From: Vulcanimicrobiota bacterium
Lineage (GTDB): Bacteria; Vulcanimicrobiota; Vulcanimicrobiia; Vulcanimicrobiales; Vulcanimicrobiaceae
Assembly (NCBI GenBank): GCA_963733295.1
Contig: CAVTCS010000003.1
Span: forward strand, 2,624,001 to 2,688,000
Reading direction: 5' to 3'
DNA length: 64,000 bases
The notes beneath the pieces were generated by a model. It did not search any database and was not told the DNA's origin. It saw only the letters and a program-made list of their open reading frames with translations. Of the stretch, positions 47,224 to 58,273 are shown one piece after another. Positions within the stretch are counted from its first letter, which is position 1, and every line of letters starts with the position of its first letter. A program made the position numbers and the translations under genes.

Positions 47224-47816
47224 TTGCGGGCGTCGCGATCTTAGCCGGAGGCGAAGCGACGCGCCTGCCCGGAAAGCTCGAGTTGCCTGCCGGCGACGTT
47301 CCGCTCGTTTTGCGCGTCTTGCGCAACGTGCGTCCGGGGCGTGAGACCGTCATCGCTTGCAAGGGTTCGTTTTCGCGCGCGCTCGACGCGCAGCTCGACG
47401 TGCCGCTGGTGGTCGACCGCTGGAGCCGGCAAGGTCCGCTGAGCGGCTTGCTCTCGGCGCTCGCGGTGCTCCGCTGCGAGCGCGTCTTCGCGCTGGCCGG
47501 CGACGCGCCGTTCGTCGATGGAGCATTTCTCGAGCGCTTGGAAGCCGCGTGGCTTCCGGGCGACGAAGCCGTCGTGCCCATCCGTCTGGTCGAAGGCTCC
47601 CCCCAACTCGAACCGCTCTGCGCGCTGTACGAGCGCAAGGCGGTGCTGCGCGAAGGCTCCGCGATCGTGCGCTCGGAAGGCGGCTCGCTGCGCGCGCTCG
47701 TTCGGCGCTTGCAAGCGCGTTTCGTACAGGTCGACGAAACGCTCGTTTTCCGTAACGTCAACACCGCCTCGCAGTACGCCGAATTGGGCGCCGAACTCGC
47801 ACGGAGACCCGCATGA
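47220..47816 (+). CDS. mobA: Molybdenum cofactor guanylyltransferase-like NTP transferase
   Basis: LAGGEATRLPGK, GPLSG, DAPF, EPLCALY, NVNT. Confidence 0.85.
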   Translation: MIAGVAILAGGEATRLPGKLELPAGDVPLVLRVLRNVRPGRETVIACKGSFSRALDAQLDVPLVVDRWSRQGPLSGLLSALAVLRCERVFALAGDAPFVDGAFLERLEAAWLPGDEAVVPIRLVEGSPQLEPLCALYERKAVLREGSAIVRSEGGSLRALVRRLQARFVQVDETLVFRNVNTASQYAELGAELARRPA

Positions 47817-49108
47817 ATTTCGAACGGAGCCTTTCCGCGTTTACGCGCGCCAAGAAGGTCACGCCGGGCGGAGTCAATTCCCCGGTGCGCGCCTTCAAGG
47901 CCGTCGGCGGGAGCCCGATCTTCGTCAAATCGGCGCAAGGTTGCATCATCACGGACCTCGACGACAACGCCTACATCGACTACGTGATGTCGTGGGGACC
48001 GCTCGTGCTCGGCCACGCTCATCCCGCAGTCGTGAGAGCGGTGCAGAACGCAGTCTCGCGCGGGACCTCGTACGGCGCTCCGACCGAAGCGGAGAGCGAA
48101 CTCGCGGAGCTCGTGTGCGCGATGGTTCCTTCGGTCGAAAAGATTCGCTTCTGCTCGAGCGGGACCGAAGCGACGATGAGCGCGCTGCGCTTGGCCCGCG
48201 CCGCGACGAAACGCGACAAGCTCGTCAAGTTTGCGGGTTGCTATCACGGACACGCCGACGCATTTTTGATTTCGGCGGGCAGCGGCGCACTCACGCTGGG
48301 AACTCCGGATTCCCCCGGGATCACGCGCGGCACGGTGAGCGACACGATTTCGCTTCCTTACAACGACCTCGACGCACTGCGCGCGGCCTTCGAGGCGGAG
48401 AAGGGCGCGATCGCCTGCGTCATCGTCGAACCCTATGCCGGAAACATGGGGCTCGTGCTGCCGAAGCCCGGCTTCCTGGCCGGTTTGCGCGAACTGACCC
48501 GGCAGTACGGCGCGCTCTTGATCTTCGACGAGGTGATGACCGGTTTTCGCGTCGCGCCGGGTGGCGCTCAGGAGCGCGAAGGCGTGCTGCCGGACTTGAC
48601 GACGCTGGGAAAGATCATCGGCGGCGGCCTCCCCGTCGGCGCGGTCGGCGGCAGGGCCGACATCATGGACCAACTCTCGCCGCTCGGCGCGGTTTACCAA
48701 GCCGGCACGCTCTCGGGCAATCCGCTCGCGATGGCCGCCGGAATCGCCACCCTGCGCGCGTTGCGCGAACCGGGAGTCTACGAACGGCTCGAAGCTGCCG
48801 GCGCGCGCTTTTCCGGCGGTCTCGCGGCGCTCTTGGAGCGGCACCGCATTCCGCACCGTTCGGCGCAGCGCGGTTCGATGGTCGGCTGCTTCTTCACGAG
48901 CGAACCGGTTTTCGACCTGGCCGGCGCGCGAACGAGCGACACCGCGTTCTACGCGCGCTTCTTTCACGCGATGCTCGAACGCGGCGTCTACCTCGCTCCC
49001 TCGCAGTTCGAGGCCGGCTTCTTGAGCCTGGCGCATAGCGACGGCGCGATCGACGACAGCTTGACGGCAGCCGGCGACGCGCTTGAGTCGCTCGTCGCGA
49101 GCGTGTAG
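47813..49108 (+). CDS. hemL: Glutamate-1-semialdehyde 2,1-aminomutase
   Basis: PGGVNSPVRAF, SGTEATM, FDEVMTGFR, GKIIGGG, PSQFE. Confidence 0.97.
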   Translation: MNFERSLSAFTRAKKVTPGGVNSPVRAFKAVGGSPIFVKSAQGCIITDLDDNAYIDYVMSWGPLVLGHAHPAVVRAVQNAVSRGTSYGAPTEAESELAELVCAMVPSVEKIRFCSSGTEATMSALRLARAATKRDKLVKFAGCYHGHADAFLISAGSGALTLGTPDSPGITRGTVSDTISLPYNDLDALRAAFEAEKGAIACVIVEPYAGNMGLVLPKPGFLAGLRELTRQYGALLIFDEVMTGFRVAPGGAQEREGVLPDLTTLGKIIGGGLPVGAVGGRADIMDQLSPLGAVYQAGTLSGNPLAMAAGIATLRALREPGVYERLEAAGARFSGGLAALLERHRIPHRSAQRGSMVGCFFTSEPVFDLAGARTSDTAFYARFFHAMLERGVYLAPSQFEAGFLSLAHSDGAIDDSLTAAGDALESLVASV

Positions 49109-49171
49109 CGGACCTCCTCGCCCGGGGCGTCCCGAGGTTCGCTCGTCCCGGGCCGGGAATCGACCCGTAAA

Positions 49172-50509
49172 ATGCCGCTAGTCTGCCTCGGCCTGTCCCA
49201 CAAAACGGCTCCCGTCGACGTCCGGGAGCGCCACGCGTTCCCGAGCTCGCGCATGGTCGAGGCTCTCATCGCTCTGCACGACTACGACCACGTGCGCGAA
49301 GCCGCCATGCTCTCGACCTGCGGCCGGCTCGAGATCTATGCCGAACTCGACGACTACGAAGCGGGCGTCGAACAGGTCAAGGCCTTCCTCCATAACTTCC
49401 GTCACGGCGACGTGCAGCACGACATGGACTCGTACATGTACACGTTGCTCGGAGCGCAGGCGAGCGAACATCTCTTCCGCGTCGCGACGGGCTTGGATTC
49501 GATGCTGATCGGCGAAGCCGAGATCCTCGGCCAAGTCAAGGACGCGTACGTCCAAGCTCAGAAGGCGCGCTCGCTCGGCAAGTCGCTCCACGCACTGTTT
49601 CGCGAAGCGCTCAAAGCCGGCAAAGAAGCGCGCTCGACCACCGGAATCGGCGGCGAGTCGGTCAGCGTTGCGACCGCCGCGATCGACTTGGCGAAGGCGA
49701 AGCTCGGAGAGCTCACCGGCAAAACGGTGCTCGTCGTGGGCGCCGGCAAGATGGGCGCGACCGCGGCGAAGCGGCTGCGCCTCGAAGGCTGCGCCGAACT
49801 GCTCGTCGCGAACCGCACGCGCGAGCGAGCCCGCAACGTCGTCGAAGCGCTGGGAACGGGGACGGCGCTCGAACTGCCGGTGCTCGTCGACGCGCTGCGT
49901 CGCGCCGACATCGTCGTCACCTCAACGGGAGCCGCGCATTTTCTGCTGACGCGGGACAACGTTGGCGAAGCGATGCAGGTTCGCCCGGACCGTCCGCTGT
50001 TCATCGTCGACATCGCGGTCCCGCGCGACGTCGATCCGGAGGTCGCGCAGATCCCCGGCGTCGGCGTGGCGGACATCGATGCGCTCAAGGGTCTCGTCGA
50101 GGTGAGCATCGAGCATCGCCGCCGCGCTATTCCGCTCGTCGAAGAGATCGTCGGCGAGCATCTCGAGCGCTATTCGCGCTGGTATCAGGCGCGCGTCGCG
50201 GTTCCCGTCGTCGCGTCGCTGGTGCAAAAAGCCGAAGCGGTGCGGGAAGCCGAAATCGAGCGGCTCTTCAGCCGCTGCCCCGACCTGACCGAGCGCGAAC
50301 GCATGCTGATCACGGGCGCGTCGATGACCATCATCTCGAAGCTATTGCACACCGTGGTCACCCGAACGCGCGAGCGCGCGACGGGCAGCCGCGACGAAGC
50401 CCTCGCGATCTCGCAGCTGCTCGACGACCTGTTCGACCTGCGCCTGCGCGAGCGCGAGTTCGCGGCGGCGGCGCGCGACCCGGTCTTGGAGACCGAAGCG
50501 ATCGAGTGA
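49172..50509 (+). CDS. hemA: Glutamyl-tRNA reductase
   Basis: GLSHKTAPV, STCGRLE, GLDSMLIGE.EILGQ, GAGKMG, DIAVPRD. Confidence 0.96.
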   Translation: MPLVCLGLSHKTAPVDVRERHAFPSSRMVEALIALHDYDHVREAAMLSTCGRLEIYAELDDYEAGVEQVKAFLHNFRHGDVQHDMDSYMYTLLGAQASEHLFRVATGLDSMLIGEAEILGQVKDAYVQAQKARSLGKSLHALFREALKAGKEARSTTGIGGESVSVATAAIDLAKAKLGELTGKTVLVVGAGKMGATAAKRLRLEGCAELLVANRTRERARNVVEALGTGTALELPVLVDALRRADIVVTSTGAAHFLLTRDNVGEAMQVRPDRPLFIVDIAVPRDVDPEVAQIPGVGVADIDALKGLVEVSIEHRRRAIPLVEEIVGEHLERYSRWYQARVAVPVVASLVQKAEAVREAEIERLFSRCPDLTERERMLITGASMTIISKLLHTVVTRTRERATGSRDEALAISQLLDDLFDLRLREREFAAAARDPVLETEAIE

Positions 50510-51273
50510 ACGCCGGACCGCTGTCGGGCAAGAAGGTTCTGATCACGCGGCCGGCGCCGAACGACGAGTTTGTCGCGAAACTGCGGGAAGCGGGAGCCGA
50601 GCCGTTGCCGGCACCGACGATCGCCATCGGGCCGCCCGACGACGAAGCCGGCGCCGACCTCGGCGTGCGCATCGTCGAGACCTACGCCTGGATCGTGTTC
50701 ACCAGCCAAAACGGCGTGACGGCTTTCTTCGAGCGCGTCCGGAAACACGGCCGAGACGCGCGCGCGCTCGGCGATACGCTCGTCGCCGCGATCGGGCCGA
50801 AGACCGCGCAAAGTCTTCTCGGTCACGGGATCCGAGCCGATTTCGTGCCGGCACGTTTCGTCAGCGAAGAAGTTGCGGCCGGACTTCTCGAACGCACGCA
50901 GCCGGGCGAACGCATCTCGATCTACGGCGCTCAAGACGCGCGCGAGGTGCTTGCCGAAACGCTGCGTGAGGCGGGTCGCAGCGTCGACGTCTACGCGGCT
51001 TACAAGACCTCACCGATTCTCGACCCGGCCATAGCGGAACTCGCCCGGCAAGCCGACATCTGGACCTTCGCCAGCGCGAGCAGCGTTCGCGCGCTCGTCG
51101 CCAACCTGCCCGGCGCTGCATCGCTCTCGCATGGGAAGATCGTCGCGTGCATCGGCCCCGTGACCGCCGAAGCCGCGCGCGAAGCGGGCTTGGAAGTGCA
51201 GTTCGTGGCCGAGGATTCGACCCTCGAAGGTCTGATCGAGACCCTGTCGCAGACGGCAACGGCTACGGCGTAG
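50506..51273 (+). CDS. hemD: Uroporphyrinogen-III synthase
   Basis: VLITRP, FTSQNGV, AIGPKTA, FASASSV, CIGPVT. Confidence 0.93.
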   Translation: MNAGPLSGKKVLITRPAPNDEFVAKLREAGAEPLPAPTIAIGPPDDEAGADLGVRIVETYAWIVFTSQNGVTAFFERVRKHGRDARALGDTLVAAIGPKTAQSLLGHGIRADFVPARFVSEEVAAGLLERTQPGERISIYGAQDAREVLAETLREAGRSVDVYAAYKTSPILDPAIAELARQADIWTFASASSVRALVANLPGAASLSHGKIVACIGPVTAEAAREAGLEVQFVAEDSTLEGLIETLSQTATATA

Positions 51274-51286
51274 CGACCGCATTCGC

Positions 51287-52075
51287 GTGCGCCTCACGCT
51301 CGCACCACTGACGAACTTCGATATCGGCGGCGTCATTGCCGCACTCTTCGCGTTCGCGGCGTTTCGCCTGGGCGTGCTGAGCGGCGGCGGTGCGCTGGCC
51401 GCCTTCTTTATCGGTACCGCTACCTTCGGCGGGCTCGGAGTACCGGGCGCTTACGTGCTGCTCGCCTTCTTCATTCCTTCGGTCGTTTTCTCGCGCACCG
51501 GCCGCGAACAAAAGAAGCGCCTCAGCGCCATCGGCAAGAGCGGCCCGCGCGACGCCTCGCAGGTGCTGGCGAACGGCGGAGTCGCAGCACTCTGCGCGCT
51601 GGCCGCGCTCTATCTCGACGCGCGCTACGCCACCGCTTTCGCGGGAAGCGTAGCGGCCGCGACGGCCGACACGTGGGGCACCGAGATCGGTACGCTCGCG
51701 CGCGCTCGACCACGCTCGATCTTCACGCTACGCCCGATCGACCCGGGGCTCTCCGGCGGCATGACGCGCGCCGGCACGCTCGCCGAATTCGGCGGCGCAC
51801 TCTTCATCGCCGCGGTCGCCTGGAGCGTTGGTCTCCGCTCGTTCCTCCCGATCCTCGCCGGCGGCGTCGCGGGAGCCCTCGTCGACTCCCTCCTCGGCGG
51901 CTCGCTGCAATCCTTGCGCTGGTGTCCCAACTGCAAGCGCGCTTGCGAAGCCGAACCGCATTCCTGCGGCGCGAACACTACTCCGATTCGCGGCCTGAGC
52001 TGGTTCGGCAACGATACCGTCAACTTCGCCTGCACCCTCACCGGAGCGGCGGTCGCATTCGCCCTCGCGCGCTAG
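51287..52075 (+). CDS. DUF92/TMEM19 family membrane protein
   Basis: QVLANGG, AATADTWGTEIG, GLSGG.T..GT, DSLLG, NDTVN. Confidence 0.9.
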   Translation: MRLTLAPLTNFDIGGVIAALFAFAAFRLGVLSGGGALAAFFIGTATFGGLGVPGAYVLLAFFIPSVVFSRTGREQKKRLSAIGKSGPRDASQVLANGGVAALCALAALYLDARYATAFAGSVAAATADTWGTEIGTLARARPRSIFTLRPIDPGLSGGMTRAGTLAEFGGALFIAAVAWSVGLRSFLPILAGGVAGALVDSLLGGSLQSLRWCPNCKRACEAEPHSCGANTTPIRGLSWFGNDTVNFACTLTGAAVAFALAR

Positions 52076-52096
52076 CGTGCGCGTGGGGCGATGACG

Positions 52097-52360
52097 CTAA
52101 CGGACGGCAGGAGCCTTTCCGTAGGTCTTCTCGAGATAGGGAATGATGTCGTCGTCATCGTCGAGGACGACGCTGCCGTCTACGAGGACCGGAATTCCGG
52201 TTTGTCCGGAGACGTCATGAACCTCGCCGCGTTCGGAGTGGGCGCGCGGGACGTTGACGATCTTGTGGTCGAGCAGCAGATCGGTGAGCTTCGAGCGCAC
52301 GCGCGCGCAGTACGGACACCATTCGGCTTGGTAGAGGACGATTTCCGTGGGTCGCCCCAT
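52097..52360 (-). CDS. Glutaredoxin-like / GST N-terminal domain protein
   Basis: WCPYC, SGQ..IPVLVD, IIPYL. Confidence 0.85.
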   Translation of the reverse strand: MGRPTEIVLYQAEWCPYCARVRSKLTDLLLDHKIVNVPRAHSERGEVHDVSGQTGIPVLVDGSVVLDDDDDIIPYLEKTYGKAPAVR

Positions 52361-52475
52361 CAGGTTCCTTTCGCTGGGTCGAGTTCGGTTACGCTGACCA
52401 GAGTGTGCGCTCGAGGCGCGAAGGTTGCGCGCAGGCCCGCGTGGTAGGCAGCATTCCGTAGCGCTGAGGTCGCTT

Positions 52476-53231
52476 ATGCCTCGTCCGCAGAATAGCCGCC
52501 CTTCGATGCTTTCCGCGCTCGCATGCTCGAGCGGGTTGCACGCTATCGCGGCCGTGCTCTTCGGCTTCTTGCTCGCTCGGGTCTACGTGGCGGGCCTGCA
52601 GCCCCGCGAGACGATCGCGATCGCGGACGACAACGGGCGGCGCCCGGCGCTGATAGCGCTCGAACGCCGGCCTCGCCAAGCTCTGCCTTCACGCCGGGTG
52701 GTGCGGGCCGGCCCCGTGGCTCCGGTCGCGGTCGCCGTAATCCCCCACTTCGTCGCTCCCGTCTTGCCCCACCGTGCTGAGTGGCGGCACGAAGCTTCGG
52801 CCACGACGACGGTACCCGATCGCCAAGTCGGCCCGGCGCCGAAAGCGGTCGTGGCGGCGGCCGGCGTGGGAGCTCCCGCGGCACCGGAACTAGCCTCGCC
52901 GGCACCGGCCGTCGCGCAACGCGAGGACGTCCAACCCTCGCCGAGCGCGATGGCGACACAAGCGAGCGACTTGACCACCGGCGGTTGGGGTCAGAACTTC
53001 GCGAATCCGCTCTTGGCCGACGAGACCGCGCTCGACGACTTGCGCGCGAGGTATCGTGGAAGCGCGAGCGTGCAAGTCGACGAGACGGGCCACGCGGTGA
53101 AGGTGGTCATCAACGGCGGCCTGCCGCCGGACGCGCGGACGGAAATCGAGAAGCTGCTGATGAGTTTGCGCTACGTGCCGGCCGAATGCAACGGACTGCG
53201 CTGCAGCGGCACGTTGCAATTGGCGATCTGA
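52476..53231 (+). CDS. TonB-like protein
   Basis: SSGLH TM motif, Pro/Ala-rich spacer, TonB_C-like VQVDETGH..YVPA; start uncertain. Confidence 0.55.
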   Translation: MPRPQNSRPSMLSALACSSGLHAIAAVLFGFLLARVYVAGLQPRETIAIADDNGRRPALIALERRPRQALPSRRVVRAGPVAPVAVAVIPHFVAPVLPHRAEWRHEASATTTVPDRQVGPAPKAVVAAAGVGAPAAPELASPAPAVAQREDVQPSPSAMATQASDLTTGGWGQNFANPLLADETALDDLRARYRGSASVQVDETGHAVKVVINGGLPPDARTEIEKLLMSLRYVPAECNGLRCSGTLQLAI

Positions 53232-53242
53232 CTAGGGGCGTC

Positions 53243-54451
53243 TCAACCCGGCCAGATTCCGAGTGACGAGCCGACCCACGTCTTGTTCTTGTTGAAGTCG
53301 ACGCCCAGCAGATCGCCGCGACTCAGGCGGCACAGGTTCGTGGCCGGAGTCAGCTCGGCGGCGTCGTCGGGCCGCAAGAACATCACGCGCAGCTCGACCT
53401 TCACCGCGCCGCCGCCGGCCGCTTCGAACGCCGGCGCGTAAGCGATCTTCTCTTGCAGGCACCAGCCGGCGCGCTCGGCGGGGGCGATCGCCGCGACGTC
53501 GCCGGGAGTGGGATGCAGGTTGACGCCGCCACCGGCGAACGAGAACAGCGGCTTGAGCACATACGCCGTCGTCAGATCGAGAGGCAGCGCATCGACCTCG
53601 CTCAGGAACCGCGTGCGCGGCACCGCGGCGTGATCGAGAAAAGGCAACGAGTATTTCGACCACATCCAAAACCAGTTGGGATGCGGTGCCCATTCCACCT
53701 CGAGATCGCCTGCGAGTACGGAGAGCGCGCGCCCCGTCCGTTCGAGTTCGTCCGGGACGACCCGGTAGTAAATCCGTTCGACCCGAATCTCGCCCCCGCC
53801 GGGCCGGCTTCGGAACAAGCGCCGTCCGCGCCGCTTCAGCTGCTCCGGATCGAGCGCGTCGACGCCGAGCAACAGTTTGGTCGCGGCGAAGTCGACGTAC
53901 GTTTTCTGCGCGGGCGGATCGAGATCGAGCAACACGACGTTCTGCGGGTCGTGCTCGCCCACGACCGTCCGCGTCAAGAGGCGCACGAAAGCCTCGCGAT
54001 CTCCCCCGAACCAAGCCGACCACGGCCCCTCGCAGGCGGGGATGCGTTGCAGTTCGCGCTCCCACGCGTCGCGTTGCAGGGTCTCGAAAGCGAGCAAGGA
54101 TGGAAAGCCTTGCAGTTCGACGAGCTTCGGTTCGAAACGTCCGTCCGAGGCTCTCACGATCGCGAAATCGAGGCACGCGATGTTCGGAAGCGCGGCCGGT
54201 TGCGGCATCGCGTAGCGCTCCGGAACCGCGTCGCGCATTCGGGCGATGCAAGCAGGTTGCGAGAGCCGTGTCAGGATCTCGCGTGCCGCGCGTTCGCAGC
54301 GATCGCGCAGGTAAGTCGGAAAGAAGACCGGCGTTTCAGCGAGGCGGAAAGCGACCTCGCAGCCCAGGCTCCGTTCCAGGTCGGCGCGATAGCGCTCGTA
54401 ACGCGCGGGTTCGTAGGCGGCGTTAAACGCCGCGCGAAACTGCGGGTCCAC
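53243..54451 (-). CDS. ATP-grasp-like amidoligase (glutathionylspermidine-synthase / circularly permuted type)
   Basis: DFAI...KLVELQGFPS, YVLKPLFSFAGGGV, LQEKI, ELR. Confidence 0.72.
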   Translation of the reverse strand: MDPQFRAAFNAAYEPARYERYRADLERSLGCEVAFRLAETPVFFPTYLRDRCERAAREILTRLSQPACIARMRDAVPERYAMPQPAALPNIACLDFAIVRASDGRFEPKLVELQGFPSLLAFETLQRDAWERELQRIPACEGPWSAWFGGDREAFVRLLTRTVVGEHDPQNVVLLDLDPPAQKTYVDFAATKLLLGVDALDPEQLKRRGRRLFRSRPGGGEIRVERIYYRVVPDELERTGRALSVLAGDLEVEWAPHPNWFWMWSKYSLPFLDHAAVPRTRFLSEVDALPLDLTTAYVLKPLFSFAGGGVNLHPTPGDVAAIAPAERAGWCLQEKIAYAPAFEAAGGGAVKVELRVMFLRPDDAAELTPATNLCRLSRGDLLGVDFNKNKTWVGSSLGIWPG

Positions 54452-54455
54452 GAGA

Positions 54456-55427
54456 TTAGGCCGCGCGCACGATGGTTTCGAGCTGTCCGCGCACGAGATC
54501 GTCGAACGTGGCGCGGGCGACTCGCAAACGCGCGTCGCGCCGCTCGGTGCGCAGCGCCGGGAGCAGGCTCTTGCGAGCTTCGTACACTTCGGGCGTAATC
54601 GTGCCGTTGGCGAGCAGCCGCTCGAGCAGTTCGGCGATGCGCTCGGCGCTGCCGATTTCGGGATGGCTGTTATCGCCGAAGACGCGCGGGATGCGTCCGC
54701 TGCGGTCGCGCGCGACTTCGAGCATCGTCAGAACCTCGCCGCCGGCTTGCGTCGCGGATTCGAAGGCGATCGGCGTGACGCCGGCGGAGAAGGAAGCGCC
54801 GCTCGTGATGAGGTCGTAGTAGCGCGAGTCGAGGACCGTGACGACGTCGCTCGACAATTCGGCGGCGAGCTGCGCGAACCACGGATGCCCGAGCGCCTCG
54901 CGACTCAGCACGTTGGTCCCGACGCCGCCGCGAAAGCCGCCTTTCTCGGGACCGCGCAGCACCGGCGTCGCAACGCCCAGCCAGCGGCACAACAAACCGA
55001 AGGTGTGACAGACGCCGAACAGCGCCGAATCCTGATCGTTCGAGATCGCTTCGAACAAGCGCCAGAGCGGCGCTTCCCAAGCCGGATCTTCACGAATCCG
55101 TTCGGTGCCGTTCTCGTGAGTGTTGAGCCGCGGGTCGAGATGTCCGGGGCCGCCGGTGCCGAGATAGAGCCGGTGCCGGCCTTGGGCGTGATCGGGAACC
55201 ATCAGACGGTCGCGCACGGCGTACGACAGCACGCGCACGCGCTGCGGCGACGCGGCGTTTTCCAAGAGCTCGCCCGCGAGCTCGCGCACCGCGAACACGA
55301 TCGCGTCGTGTCCGACGTTCGGAAAACCGTGATTCATGTCGAGGACCGCTACCTCGATCGCCCGCGGATCGCGTGCGGGCATGTCGTCCGGCCGCTCGAT
55401 GCGGACGTACTCGAAAAACTCAGCCAA
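54456..55427 (-). CDS. Class I glutamine amidotransferase-like protein / gamma-glutamyl hydrolase
   Basis: GTGGPG, GVCH (nucleophile Cys), HPE; TTG start overlapping the upstream gene end. Confidence 0.72.
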   Translation of the reverse strand: MAEFFEYVRIERPDDMPARDPRAIEVAVLDMNHGFPNVGHDAIVFAVRELAGELLENAASPQRVRVLSYAVRDRLMVPDHAQGRHRLYLGTGGPGHLDPRLNTHENGTERIREDPAWEAPLWRLFEAISNDQDSALFGVCHTFGLLCRWLGVATPVLRGPEKGGFRGGVGTNVLSREALGHPWFAQLAAELSSDVVTVLDSRYYDLITSGASFSAGVTPIAFESATQAGGEVLTMLEVARDRSGRIPRVFGDNSHPEIGSAERIAELLERLLANGTITPEVYEARKSLLPALRTERRDARLRVARATFDDLVRGQLETIVRAA

Positions 55428-56531
55428 CCGGGATTCCCGCCTCCGTCTCCTCGATCGTATACGCCACGACGGCCTGCAAGCTCTTGCTTTCCTCGTAGAC
55501 CGCAAGTTGGCGGTCGGCGCCGGTCCGGCGCCGCAAGATCTCGTGGACGTACAGAATCTCGTCGCGCACCCCAAGCTCCGATACGACGTCGTCCACGAAC
55601 TCGAGCAGCTCGATCAGCAGATGTTCGGTCGGTACTTCGATCTTCTTCCCCAAGTCGATGAGCTTGCCGTCGAGCCCGAATCTGGCCGCGCGCCACTTGT
55701 TTTCGTTGATGAGCGAGCGCCGGTAGAGACGCCAGCCGAGGTTCGCGTCGTAGAGCTTCCAGAGCTTGTACGTTACCGCCTGAAAAAACGCGGCCAGGCA
55801 GACCGCCTCGTCGACTCGCATTTGCGCGTCGCAGATGCGGTACTCGAGCGTGGGATAGTACGGATGCGCGCGCACGTCCCACCAGATTTTCTTGCCGTCG
55901 GCGATGCATCCGGTCGCGATCAGGGTGTTGACGAACTCTTCGTACGCACCCCACGAACCGAAATAGTCGGGAAGGCCGGTACGCGGGAAGCGTTCGAACA
56001 GTTTCGCACGGTAGCTCTTCCAGCCCGTATTGATCCCGGTCCAGAACGGCGAGTTCACCGAGAGCGCGAAGATGTGCGGCAAGAAGTAGCGCACTCCGTT
56101 CATGATCGCGATGCGCGCTTCGTCGTCCTCGACGCCCACGTGGACGTGCAAACCGAAGATGAGGTTCGCGCGAGCCACGAGCTGCAAGTCCTCGATCAGG
56201 CTGTCGTAGTGAGAGCTGCGCGTGATCGTGACGTTGCTCCAGTGCGTAAACGGATGCGTGCCGGCCGAAGCGATGCGCAGGCCGTGCTGACGCGCCAGAC
56301 CGATCATCTCGCCGCGCAAGCGCGTCAGCTCGCGCCGCACTTCCCCGATGTCGGCGCAGATCGGCGTTCCGATCTCGACGACCGGAGCGTGAAGTTCGCG
56401 CTTCATCTCTTCCTTGAGACGGGCTTGACCCTCGTCGAACATGCCGCCCGTGTTCGATTTCAGTTCGAGCGTCTCGGGATCGATGATCTGGAACTCTTCC
56501 TCGACTCCGAGCGTGAAGGAGGGCCTCGTTC

Positions 56532-56535
<4 letters not shown>
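55420..56535 (-). CDS. Carboxylate-amine ligase, YbdK/GCS2 family
   Basis: TLGVEEEFQ, AGTHPF, GLHVHVG, NSPF, WWDVR.HP...TLEYRICD, ENKWRAARFG; TTG start in TTGA overlap. Confidence 0.93.
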
Positions 56536-57482
<947 letters not shown>

Positions 57483-57550
57483 CGTTTCCTCGGATGAAAA
57501 AAGATTTCGGCGGTGAGCCGCGGAGTTTCGCGGGAACTGCTCCGGAACCT

Positions 57551-58273
57551 ATGCAACCACGCGCCATGCAACGTTCGTACGAAGCGTGGGACTCGCATTG
57601 GCTCGGCCGCAAAATGGAGCTCTTGTGGTTCGGCTGGTCGGGCTATCCCGTCCTGGCCTTCCCGACCTCGATGGGCCGTTTCTTCCAGTACGAAGATATG
57701 GGCCTCGTCGCCGCGCTCGCGTCGAAGATCGAGGCCGGCTACTTGCAGCTGGTCTGCGTCGATTCGGTCGACAGCGAAAGCTGGTATGACGAGTCCATCG
57801 CGCCCGAGCTGCGCGCCGTCCGCCACGAGCAATACGACGCGTACCTGTCCCGGGAGCTCGCTCCGTACGTATTCCAGCGCTCGGATTTTTCGCAAGTGGG
57901 GACGTTCGGTTGCAGCTTCGGCGCCTACCACGCGGCAAATTTCGCGGGACGCCATCCCAGCCTCGTAAGCAAAGCCGTCTGTTTTTCCGGAGTCTACGAC
58001 GTCCACCGCTTCGTCGCCGGCTATTGGGACGACCGCGACTACTTCAACTCGCCCGCCGACTACATCGCGAACATGAACGGCGATTGGATCGCGCGTCTGC
58101 GGCAGGTCGAATGGGTCGTCGCGACCGGTGAGTACGATTCGCTGGTGGACGATAACCGGCGCTTCGCCGCGCTGCTTGCCGCGAAGGGACTGCCGGTGCA
58201 CGCCGAGATCTGGCCCGGAGTCTTCGGACACGATTGGCCGTTTTGGAACGAGGCCGTTCCGCGGCTGCTCTAG
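57551..58273 (+). CDS. Alpha/beta-hydrolase esterase
   Basis: FPTSMG, GCSFGAYH (GxSxG), HDWPFW; start at 57551 or 57566. Confidence 0.88.
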   Translation: MQPRAMQRSYEAWDSHWLGRKMELLWFGWSGYPVLAFPTSMGRFFQYEDMGLVAALASKIEAGYLQLVCVDSVDSESWYDESIAPELRAVRHEQYDAYLSRELAPYVFQRSDFSQVGTFGCSFGAYHAANFAGRHPSLVSKAVCFSGVYDVHRFVAGYWDDRDYFNSPADYIANMNGDWIARLRQVEWVVATGEYDSLVDDNRRFAALLAAKGLPVHAEIWPGVFGHDWPFWNEAVPRLL

